Assembly (NCBI RefSeq): GCF_000150275.1 | Contig: NW_002060969.1 | Coordinates: 434,001-498,000 of the forward strand | Direction of reading: 5' to 3' | Source: Trichoplax adhaerens | Taxonomy: Eukaryota; Animalia; Placozoa | DNA length: 64,000 bases | In this document: positions 39,201-51,237 of the stretch, piece after piece | How the letters are laid out: every line of letters begins with the position of its first letter | Position numbering within the stretch: the first letter of the stretch is position 1 | Made by a program: the position numbers and the translations under genes | The notes under the pieces: generated by a model | What the model saw: only the letters and a program-made list of their open reading frames with translations | The model's database searches: none | What the model was told of the DNA's origin: nothing

Positions 39201-41657
39201 AAGGCAGATCACAAAGATCTAAGGTAGATATTGTAGTAGAATTTGCAATAGACAGTATATTTACAATGCTATAATTTAGATACATACAAGAATATAAAAT
39301 GTAATTGACAAAATTCTTTTTCTTTAAATTGTCCTTTAATTTAATTCTGGGCTTTCGCCAATGCTTCCATCAATATTAGACTAAATCAAGATCGTGTAAG
39401 GTTAGAGATTGACTGTACTTCAATAAGGTTAATAATAACGTCAATACAGTACTAAGTTAGATTAAATAATTGCCTAACTACCTCGGTGGTATAGCTGGAT
39501 AATTGGCTACGCAGACATATAATCATTATCTATACTATGCGACAAATACATTTGATGTGCTAGAGCATAATTATAGTTATTGAAATATGGCTGGAGAATT
39601 TGGGCATTTTATATTACATTTCCAACTTTTTTTAGATTTCTGAATGTTAAGGTTAAGCTCTTATATGTAATACTGTGCCGCATTTCTTACTTGAAATTCA
39701 TACAGTATCTGCGCTAGAGATAATTTAATAAATGCTTAATGAGCACTGCTTATTTTTTCACATGAAATAATTGAATATTACCATATATCTGATGGGATAC
39801 AATACATATCATTGAGTTTTATTTCCGTAATAATTACATAATGTTTAGTATGAACATTAAAAAAGTAATTATTTATTCTCTTGATATCATTTGTATCAGT
39901 TTATCACTTTATTATGACTGATAGTGTTCCGCTCGCTCGACATATTGCAATCCTTAACAATGTTTCCATGCAGTGAGGCGATGAGTGAAAATGTGTTTTT
40001 GATATCGTAACTTAGTTATCTCTAAATTTGAATAACTATATTTGCTGACACAACTCTTTAGTCATAGACATGCAAGACCTTCTTGGGTATTAATGATGTA
40101 ATATTAGTAATATTAATATAAAATCAATTACATTTACTACTGGCTTTGTTTTAAGTATTCTCAGATTTCTAAATAAGCAACTGCCAGAAAAGTTTATAAC
40201 GATAGTTCACATTTTTAAAATAATAGATATCGGTAGTTAATTTCATGCACCTTGCTCTTGATTGAGATTACCATCTTTCCGAATATTTGTAGTAGTTTAC
40301 GGTATTAGTAAGAATAGTTTATAATTTTCAATATGCTTTTAATTAAGAAAAATATCAGTACAGGAAATTTTGGTTTACGTATTCATATATTGAATATAGT
40401 TTCACAGTAAATTTTATCTTTGTAATTGAATTTCGATTATCGAAGCACAGTGAGTATGAGCATTATCATTCGGTACGCTATTTAAAAATATTTTATGCTA
40501 CTTTTGCTGAATTTGTTTACTAAAACCTTAGTCTCAGAATTTTCATTAATTTATTGGCCAGTTTCGTTAGTTATCAAGGTCTTAAATAATCAATCGCACT
40601 TTATGCTTAACTAATACTAGGACTTAACTTTGCTCATCAAGTGCATATTGATCTCATTGGATCGTAGACAGACTAACATTGATTAGTTTTAACTTGATAT
40701 AATTCTTCGTCACTTTAACAAATAATACAGCTTAATTTTAAATAAGTAGTAATTAGAGGATGCAATATAAATTATGTAATACTGTACTGTATTATAGTGA
40801 GATCCTCAAATGATTAGTTTCGGTAATCAATTAGCTACGTCATGCACAATGTTAAAACTTATACTGGAAATACTACTAATATTATTTTATTAGAGAGAGA
40901 ATAACATGCAATTTCAGCTGCAGTAATAAAAAATAGTATTAACCTACAGTAGTAAATTACACATAAATTATCAAATTCAACAAGACAATTTTTCGATTGA
41001 TGCAACGTAACCGTCTCCATTTATTATTTCTATCGACTGCGATCAATTACAAAAAGCGAGAAAAGCCTGGTACATTTCCCTTCAAGGTATGTGTGGGCGA
41101 TGTTGTGCATGGCGTGTAAGAAAAGTGCATCCATATATTAGCTATTGATTACCATAACCATTACCTATTTATTAATTAGTAATATTCCACCATTCCCTAT
41201 AGTGAATAGCAATTGTAAAAGACTGCCATTTATTAGTAGAAGTAAACGTTGTAAACTTAAGAATATATAATGTATCGGAAATTTTAAGCTCGAAGATATT
41301 TAGTTTGCCTATTGCTAAGGCTAAGCATAACAAGCCATTTTATTTAAACTACTTGACTTGACTTACTAATTCTTAAAATAAATACTTTTCGTCTTAGCCT
41401 ATTCATCTGTAACTATGTGTCATCACCAGATATTGTATATGTCTTAAAGAAATATATAGTAACATCAGTAATATATTAATACTTTCTGTAATAGCAAGGA
41501 GGATTAGCAAATCGGTGTCATTTGGATCGTATGCATCAAAAAGCGATTCTAAAGATTAACTCAAAATATTACGTTTAATTTATGATTAGACTAATCTCAT
41601 ATTATACGTGCATCATATTTTAGAGAAGAATCGCTAAAACTGTGTAAATGTACATGA
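36221..41657 (+). CDS. Small secreted prepropeptide encoded by micro-exons (signal peptide, acidic pro-region, probable Cys-rich mature peptide)
   Basis: Phase-0 exons 36221-36280 (MKASIAVVLLFAIMATLKVQ), 36491-36562 (ADRNKDISEEVNNLDATQLQKILK), 37411-37440 (SLIDKIEEVE) and 38355-38390 (NDDERSGELLAR). Later candidate exons at about 39191-39223, 39380-39400, 41057-41115, 41495-41528 and 41625-41657 are less certain. Confidence 0.65.
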
Positions 41658-42269
41658 AACTGAAATAGCTGCTATCAACTTCATGTATCGAGTAAGTTAT
41701 AACCGTCTGTTAAATCTATCGTTAAACGTACAGCTTGCGCCCTGTTTATACGTAACTGTTTATCAGGTCAAACTTTGTGTACGTGTATCTTTCTTGTACT
41801 CGCTCTTTCCAGTTAGGAACTTATAAAATAGCTAATATTCTAATAGCGAAAATATTCATCTTAAGGATCATGGGGAATCATTTATTATGATTACTATATA
41901 TCTTATCGATCTATTCCTTGAAATTTGAAAATTATATAATTTTTTGAATTTTTTTACCCAATCTTTATCAGGATACCCTCCCCATCCTTATCGTATTTAT
42001 TTGAAAAGGTTTGTAAATTTGAGAATTATTCAAACAATGTTAATTCTGCAAACTATTATAATAAGCATTATTTTGAAATAAAACTGAGATTAACACTTAG
42101 CCATTCTCTTTTTGATTAGTGTAATGCTGCCTTTAGTGGAAACAAGCTGCAATTCCGTTACTTAGCTTACAAAATATGTATCTCCGATGTTTCTTTCGTA
42201 GTAGCTTCCCATATTAACGACTTCTTCTGGTTACTTTAGCATAAACTAGTTGACAGTCTAAATTATATA

Positions 42270-42606
42270 NNNNNNNNNNNNNNNNNNNNNNNNNNNNNNN
42301 NNNNNNNNNNNNNNNNNNNNNNNNNNNNNNNNNNNNNNNNNNNNNNNNNNNNNNNNNNNNNNNNNNNNNNNNNNNNNNNNNNNNNNNNNNNNNNNNNNNN
42401 NNNNNNNNNNNNNNNNNNNNNNNNNNNNNNNNNNNNNNNNNNNNNNNNNNNNNNNNNNNNNNNNNNNNNNNNNNNNNNNNNNNNNNNNNNNNNNNNNNNN
42501 NNNNNNNNNNNNNNNNNNNNNNNNNNNNNNNNNNNNNNNNNNNNNNNNNNNNNNNNNNNNNNNNNNNNNNNNNNNNNNNNNNNNNNNNNNNNNNNNNNNN
42601 NNNNNN
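42270..42606. other. Assembly gap (N run)
   Basis: Run of N. Confidence 1.
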
Positions 42607-43686
42607 AAATATAAAAATAAATTATATTTACTACCACGTAAAATTATACGGTCTTAAGAATATATCTATCCAAAAGATGTATATTAATTATGACTTTATG
42701 CAATGAACCTGTAACGGTTTACTCTGTGAACCGTGTTGCTAAGGCTGAAATCAAATTATTTAGTTCTTGGATTCTACCGCCAATAGTGTAGAAAGACGTG
42801 GGCTACTAGGGATTTTTCAATTAAATTAATTAGAGATCCCTAAGTTTGTTGGATAATCTAACGTGTTATAGCCAGCTTACTGTCTTCATAAGATGGATAC
42901 CAGAAATCAAGAATTCAAGGATAAATCCGTGTTATTTTCGTAACAATTATCTAAATTATAAAGTCAGTTACCAATTAATGATTATGAATAACTTCCCATC
43001 TTACTTAAATTAGAGCTCATTGGCTGGATTCTTTATTAAAATCACGCTTGACCTCAGGAATATTATAATTCTATTACCTAAGTCAAAGATGCATTTTAGA
43101 TATTGTTTGTTAATAATTAAAATACAGTACTTGAATATATCCTTTACGGCCGTATCACATTTCATCCGCTTAATATCTGATTGGAAGTTTAATTGTATAT
43201 ATATAATCGTTTAAAAGTTTGGCTTTTGCTTTAGTTTAGTGAATCTTTTATATATAAATTCTTGAAATCTAATTTCATAGTATGGTCAGTCATTTTCATT
43301 TTGGAATTACAAAATACTTGACGCAAGTATACCAAAAATAGTGCAAGGATTTTAGTTTCAGTATTTTTAAGTAATTTATTGATGTACGTATACTATCGTA
43401 ACTTAAATAGATTTGGATCCGTATTGTGTTACATGGTTTTAACATCCTACGCCATGAACCCAAATTTTACTAAGCCCTCGCCACTCGATACTAAGGCGGG
43501 TGAAATATGAGAAATTATTATTGTAAATAAAATGCCCTAATTCATAGCACATTAATGGATCTCAGAATAAGCGCATTATACAGCATTACGGGGCTGTAAC
43601 CGTACTATTTAGAGCTTCGGGCTGGATTATAGGAAATTCCATGTTACGACCATTGCGTCAGAGTTGTTTCTCCTAAAGAGGGATTC

Positions 43687-43895
43687 TAACGAGCATTACT
43701 GATCAGATAACCGGGTAATTAAGAATCGTGAAAGAATTGAAACTTTATTATTAATTTTTAATGGTTTCAAGATAGGATAATTTAGACGAGATATAACGAG
43801 CATTACTGATCAAATAATTGGGATATTAAGAATCGTAAAGGAATTGAAACTTTATTATTGATTTCTAATGATTTTAAGATAATTTAGACGAGATA
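43687..43895. repeat. Tandem duplication, two copies of about 105 bp
   Basis: TAACGAGCATTACTGATCA...TAATTTAGACGAGATA at 43687-43793 and 43794-43895, differing by scattered substitutions and one short indel. Confidence 0.9.
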
Positions 43896-44128
43896 TAAAT
43901 TATGTTGTAGTCATTAAGTAAAAATCATAGTTGAAGCTATAATATTAAACATTGTTAGAATACGCAGGAAACAAATAAACCGAAGAAATTTCTAAATGGG
44001 AATGCAACATCGGTGGATAATACATTAGCACTAAATTGATTGTAACAAAAAATGACCTGACGAGATGATACAATCAGTAACGTTCCATTGCCTTATTAAT
44101 GAGATTTAGTTGCCTGATGTTTGTACTC

Positions 44129-47100
44129 TTACATGTCGTCATTGCGTTTCCTAATAGTTGAAATTAGCTGTCTTACTTTCTCATTAAGTTAAAAGTATAA
44201 TTGAAGATTGGAAAATTTAAGTTTACCTGGGCGTTGCTCGTATAATATTATCAACTCTTAATACCATTTCCGCTGCTTCCGCGGCAGAAATCACAATCTG
44301 ACGTTTTACTTGGTAAGATTCTGTGATACCAATTGCTTTCATATCGCCAATCGTTGCATTAATCATATCTAATTGAAATATATGTAGTTGTTACGATTAC
44401 CAATCCTTACGGAAAATAAACAATGCACTTATCAGTAAATAACTAATCACCTAGTCCGGCAGTTCTTTCCTTTTTAGAATGGGCAGCTCGAAGGCGAGTA
44501 ATCAAATCTGCGCTGTCATATCCAGCATTATCGGAAATAATAGTAGGCAACTGAAATTATAACGAAAGAATAAATGAAGTTGCATTTATAAAATTATTAC
44601 CGTATAACATTTAAGGATTAATGTTACTAACCTGACGTAAGGCTTTCGCGAAAGACTCTATAGCAATAGCTTCTTTACCAGGTGTTTTAGCAGCTAATTC
44701 GGAAACAGCATTTGCCATTAGCATTTCTGAACATCCACCACCATATACAACTCTAGTTTCTTTAATTGTTTGTGTTAGAACACATAAAGCATCATGTAGT
44801 GATCGATCTGCTTCGTCTAAAATTTGCTGTGTAGCTCCTCGCAATACTATGGTGCAAGCTTCACCAAGTGAAACACCTGAAAATCTTATAAGCTAAAATA
44901 GACAAAACGAATGCAAGAATTTATTATTAATTTCAAATGCTTAGTATTCTCAGTACATAGCTATTACAATATTTACGGTAATAGGACTTACTCTGTCTTC
45001 ACCGATAATTACTTCTTCAATACACTTGCAAGTCCCCAATTTTACTTGATCAGGGTGGGTAAAAGTAGATACAATCTCACCTCCTAATGAGTACAAAAAT
45101 TTTAAGGTTACAAGCCTTTTGTATAGTTAAATAAAATCTTCAACCCTTGCTAACCACGATGAGCTTTTAATTTATGTAAGAATATTCATATCATTTTACC
45201 AGTTACTAAGGCTAAACGTTCAACTCCTTCAAAGTCAGCGTGTTCAATTGCCATTACGCCGGCATCTGCAAATAGCTGTTCTGGGTAGTTATATATAAGT
45301 TGTCTAATAAATAAAGCACCGTAGAGAATTAATAAGTAATGATTTGCAATGTATATTAAAGTCAGCTAACACCAACCTATTTATGAAGCAATTTATGTTG
45401 TGCTTTAATATTGCTTCAACTTTTTCTTTCATTTTTATCTACACACAGAAAAAATAACGTTGATTATTACATTATAACACATCTGATTTCAGGCTTATAC
45501 ATACAGTATATATCTAATTAACGTGTGCTTATTAAAATGAGACGACCTTCTCTGCCTCCTCTAATTCTGCCACTTTAGCGGTGGAATCAACTCGTACACG
45601 TGAGCCGAAAACCTGATTCAGGTGATACGTAATTTAATTGATACATTAAAATAACCTTAAAAAACATCGTTCAATATCGAATAAGTATACTTATGTAGTT
45701 AGAGAATCCGTTTATAAAACCTTAATCTTATCAGTATCCATTGGCGTGTTTGCAATTAATATGCGGGCATTTTCGATCCGCTTCGGTTGGTGAACTCCAA
45801 TCGTTTTGTCTAGTAAAAATCCTATGAATTGAAGGTATATGATCTTAAAAACTAGTAAAGAATAATCTAGAATACCGTTCATTTATGGTGCGGTAATGTG
45901 CATAAAAAGGCTCACCTTCGTCTAAGTATGAATCAACCAGGTTACCGCCCAACTTTTTTATTAGATGTATTGCATCCAAATTGCCACTACCCTTCAATCT
46001 CAGTACGGCTTCAACAGCTAGTTTGCTAAAGTGTTCCTTATGTTGTGTTAAAATCTTTGAACTTAGCGTTGTTCGAGCAATATTCATTAAATCCTTTGAA
46101 AGATTAAATGTAACTGTTGTCAAAATTTGCTGTTGACAAATCTAGAATAATAATTTCTATTTATGTAAATGAACAATTTATATGCCGTATTAAGTTAAAT
46201 TTTTAGATTGAAAACAGAATACGCACATTTCTAAACTGATCCTCGTCACCTCCGTGATCTTCCGCAACAGATGTTAGCACGTCGACGGCAGTTTTCGCCG
46301 CAAGACGCCATCCACGAATAATCGTTTGAGGATGCATTTTCATTGCTATTAAATGTTCAGCTTCCTACATGCGTTTATTAAGAAGGCGTAAAAGTAGCAT
46401 AATCATCAGATAATGTATACTTGCAAAGCTTTTCGGCTTGAAAATTAATAAGTATTTTCAATTTCATTACGCTACTTAATAATATAGCATTACCCTTAGT
46501 AGTTCACTAGCTAAGACAGTAACACTTGTTGTACCATCACCGACCTCATCATCTTGAACTTTAGATAAATCTGCATGCAATCGAATCGTTATAAAAATCA
46601 TTTAATTCCGAGTTAAGAGAATACCGCATTGCACAATCGGATATACACAAAAGGAAGAGGCACATCGGTTAAACTTACCAACTAAAATTTTTGCAACAGG
46701 ATTATCAACACCAATTGATCTCAGGATTGTCGCTCCATCATTAGTAACTTGAATAGAACTTTCTCGTCCCGGAACAGAAGATAAAAGGACTTTATCCTAC
46801 AGATAAGTTATGACGAACTAGATCTAGTAAATATCCAAAGTTATCAAATGTACTTATTTTAGTCAGTGGAACAAATAACTTACCATTCCTTTTGGCCCAA
46901 GCGTGCTTTTGACTAGATCTCCTATAGCTATTGCTCCAACAAATGCTGACTATCAACCAAGTAAGAATCAGGTAAAGACAACGGTATTAAACTTAGGTAA
47001 CGATTTTATTCAGTATAAAATCCTTTTGTTAATATAGTACATTGATGTGTTATGTTTCTTTGATTGATAAAATGAATAAATTAGATTATATTTTTTCCAG

Positions 47101-47993
47101 GAATATCACTAAAATATTCAGTATAGTGATTTGTTATTTGGTGGCAAGCGTATAACGGCATACAAGAGCTAATAGGAGTTATAGATTATTAGTGCATTGT
47201 ACGAGCCTTTGCAAAGGTCTCACCGTTCGCGCTGATTCAGCTTTTTCCTCTTCCGAGCCAGCTTCGAGAACAGGATAAGATAGTAAAGATGCCTACAGTG
47301 AAATGTCAAATGTTTAAAAAAATCTAAAATCTCATTAGGTAAAAGAAAAATTTACAGCCACTTATGGTGTAATTAGCAATATAGAATACGTGTATTCGTA
47401 ACACATCGGATAGCGAAACACCATCATTCTAATCTTTATGGATTTTGGATTCTTTTACATTCGGTTATGTCAAGATTCATTATTAATAAACAATACTGTA
47501 TGTAGTACACAATATCATAGAACTCAATCATGGTTACTTCGCATCGTATTGAATATTTTATCTTGTAAACTACAGTACTTTAGGATAGTTGGAAGCAGTA
47601 TGGTCATAAAAGTCGAACACGTGCATCATGAACCATAAACGCACTACTGTACCTTTTTATATACACTCTACTACAATGCAGTATCTCATTAATTACGCAA
47701 ACCAATTAAGCGAAATTATTGAAGATAGATTAGGTCTGGTTTAGGAATTAAATATTGTAACCGAAATTGAATAAGAAGTTCACTGCAGATATACAAAAAG
47801 AAGTTGTGCCTATGCACGTCAGCCCATCTCTGGTACTAGCGCGAGTACGCGACCGTCAGCCGAAGTAGGGTTTGTATATTTGCTATTTCGTTGAAATTTT
47901 TTCTCAGTAGGATCCAAAATCAGCTACTCTAGGATCTGATAGCTGTAATGTAGGCTAAGAGATATAAGCTAAATATTTTTAAATATTTACCAT
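44129..47993 (-). CDS. CCT2: T-complex protein 1 subunit beta
   Basis: ATG-only first exon, then [70 protein letters not shown] and [22 protein letters not shown], ending RATPRKRNDDM*. Confidence 0.97.
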
Positions 47994-48159
47994 TTCTAAA
48001 AACGTAAAATATACGAAACTGATTCGACGAAGCTTAAATGGAAGCTTAATTTGCAGGACGTCGCTGATTTCTAATATTATTTGCGGCGTGGACTGAAAAA
48101 CTTTAACTACCGCTATCACGATGATTTCCGTTACACTTAGTGGTCAGAGTCAGAGGATA

Positions 48160-48815
48160 TTGTACTGTGTGGCATTTACTATACATTACAGTACAGTACA
48201 GTACAGTACTGTACTGTACGTTTCAGTGATATACAGTACTGTACTGTACAGTACAATGAGAACCTGTAATTTTGTAGTCGGCATACAGTACAGTACTGTA
48301 CACTGTACAGTACTGTATTCAAAGTTTTAAACACGACCATGCTGAAACGTCTCAAACTATGGTATTCACTTACTAGAACTCATATTCATAATTTCAGCTA
48401 ATTCTATAAAGATTTTAGTGTGCACCTAGACAGTACATCATGCTGAAATACACTTCTAACTCTGCGTACTGTCGCCGCTTTTCCTACCGTTTAATGTACT
48501 GTAGACTGTAGGATGAAAATAGTATCAATGTACTGTACAGTACAGTACTGTAGGCTTGATAGCACGAGGGTGGATGCCCGCGTGATCTTTTTCGTTCCAG
48601 TACAGTTCAGTACAGTGTACAGTACTGTACTGTACAGTACATTGTTATAATTAATTTATTTAATGCGATCATACGGTAGGTACAGTACAGTACAGTACTG
48701 TACTGTACTATCACATATTCACATCACAATTAAGCACATTATACTGTAGTACGGTACAGTACCGAGCTCGTATTACTTACTTATCCACTGATTTAACTTG
48801 AGGTTCACTGTACAA
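48160..48815. repeat. (TACAG)n/(CTGTA)n arrays in the CCT2/ZNF593 bidirectional promoter
   Basis: Clusters at about 48188-48316 and 48530-48765, with palindromes such as TACAGTACAGTACTGTACTGTA. Confidence 0.9.
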
Positions 48816-48838
48816 TTATAATTTGTGATATTACAACT

Positions 48839-49739
48839 ATGGGTAGGGTAAGAAGGAAAAGAGTGCATAAGAACATCAAAGACATTAAAAAGAAGGCTCG
48901 TACAAGGCATAAAACTAAAGATATTGATCAAATACATCAGGACTTGAGGAATGAAAATGCGAGAAAATTACTACAACAGTCTCCTGATATGGATCTGCCA
49001 GGATTAGCACAGTTCTACTGCTTAGAATGCGCGTAAGTTTTACCGCCAATGGACATTTCTGTACACAGTGCGTTGTACGTACTCGAATATTATTGTAATT
49101 TGTATAATTACGGCTATCATATTATATTATGCGATTTAATTTATACAAACTGTGGTGCACTGTACCGTGGGTAAACCTGTAAGCACTCACATACTGTACA
49201 AGTGCCAGTCAATATTATCGAACTGAAAACGAATTATTATATGCTATCTCGTCATTTTTTTATGCTTCCAGGAGATATTTCATTGACCAGAAGGCGTTAA
49301 CCGACCATAAGAAACAAAAAGTGCACAGGAATAGGTATCTAATTTGTTATCCTTTACGAAGAATGTAAATATTTTAGCAAGGATTACTTTCAGTGATAAC
49401 TTCTAAATTCGTAATGCTGTATCATTATGTCATACATTTTACTCAAAATACGTTTTGTGACTTATAAAGGATTATTGATTTCAATATCGTTTATTAGAAA
49501 AATAGTTTTTCCCTTAGGTTATTAAACATATGCTTGGAATATCGATGAAACTAAAGTAAAATGTGTGTTTTCTTTGTAGATTAAAAGAACTGAAATTGGA
49601 GCCGTATACACAGCACGAATCCGATGCTGCAGGTGGCATGGGTTCGTACCATGGTCCGAAAGAGGCAGTTACATCCAAAGAAGGCATCTACCCTCTTTTA
49701 CGATATAACAATACGACTAAGAGTTTATGGTGTGCGTAA
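48839..49739 (+). CDS. ZNF593: Zinc finger protein 593 (Bud20, 60S biogenesis), 3 exons
   Basis: Exons 48839-49032, 49273-49334 and 49580-49739 encode [55 protein letters not shown]. Confidence 0.93.
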
Positions 49740-51237
49740 AATGTACACTAAATGTATACTATAGTACTAACACGTTCGCATTGTAACTTTTGAAGTGTAG
49801 CAGATTAGCTACTGCGATGTACAAGATATGGTGCGTTTTAATTGGTGTATTTGTGACGAAGAAAATATTGTCCTTGCGGTAATAGAAAGATTTTACATTA
49901 TTTCAAGAAGCCACTTGATTTAACTAAAATTTACAAAATTTTAGACGGATTATATAATATACGGGTATGCTATTGTGATCTTTATTATGGCTTATTCATA
50001 TAAGGTAATATGTTTTCTCATGTCAATAGTTATTCCTGATTGACCATGATGGTTTTATTTTGTTATGTACTGTTGTACTAGTAACAAAATTACAGAAATG
50101 CCAATTAGATCTTATTTTTTCATCGAGTTGATACTATATTGGTGAGTTATTTGCTAAGACATTTTATCGGATATAGTTTTGGCCTGGAATATCTTAAATA
50201 TTAAAATAAATTTTATCTTCAGTTTAACAAAGTATGTGGTATCGATATTTTTGTATAAAATTTATAGATATTAATACGTATGTCTGAGTTTGCAGGATTG
50301 GTATGATTTTAGGATTGAGAATGTGTTGGGAATAAGAATTATGAACAGATCTATCAAGAAACTTAGGCTACTATTTCATATTAAATCAACGCTGTAACTA
50401 TAATTTAAAACCATAACAATCACAGTGCGAAGTGGTTTGTCTAGAGTGATTGCTAATCAACGAGTGAAATAAATGATTGGCTAGTTATTCATACGCACAT
50501 ATTAAGTACTGAGGTTATACAGTATACGAGTAGATGGACAAAACGTATTCATTGAAGCGACCATATAGACGTATAGTAGACACTATTATGATATTTTTAT
50601 TTCGTAAAAAATGAACTAAACCCAATGAAAACGCTACCTTACAATATTTTAGTAAATGACGTAAATTATATATATTTAGATTCATATGAAAGGTACAGAA
50701 TCTAAATAAAGAACGATAAAATACTTGCGATAAGGAAAATCGCAGTAAATCCGAATTAGAGTAAATCAGAACTCGATCAATTTCTTCTGAACTTTGTAAA
50801 AATACTATTCGTCCAGGTAAGAATTAGCTGTTTAAGATATCTTTAAGTATTTCACTCCTGTAAGAATTCGCAACAAATTTTTAGATTTGGATCCTTGAGC
50901 TAATGCCAAGATAAAGCGGTACGCGTTTTGATGATGTATAAATTGTAACCGTAACAAGTAATAAAATAGGCACACCACTTTGAAACACAGATATTCATAT
51001 CTATAATTAAGGTGTAAAAGTAATCTGTAAATAATTAAAAGGAATATTACGTAATACACAATTAAATCCCAAAAATATTCTACTTCAATCTGATATTAAA
51101 GAAATCAAATTTTAAGTAAAATTGTATATAAGTTAGTATTTTTTGTCTCAGGTATTATATAGAAAGATTTTAATAGTATACAGTGAATTAATATCACATC
51201 GTTCATTCACTACAAATCCGGAGAAACGAAGGTACGT

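Noticed and set aside
42263-42637. 124-aa ORF
   Set aside because: Artefact of the N gap.
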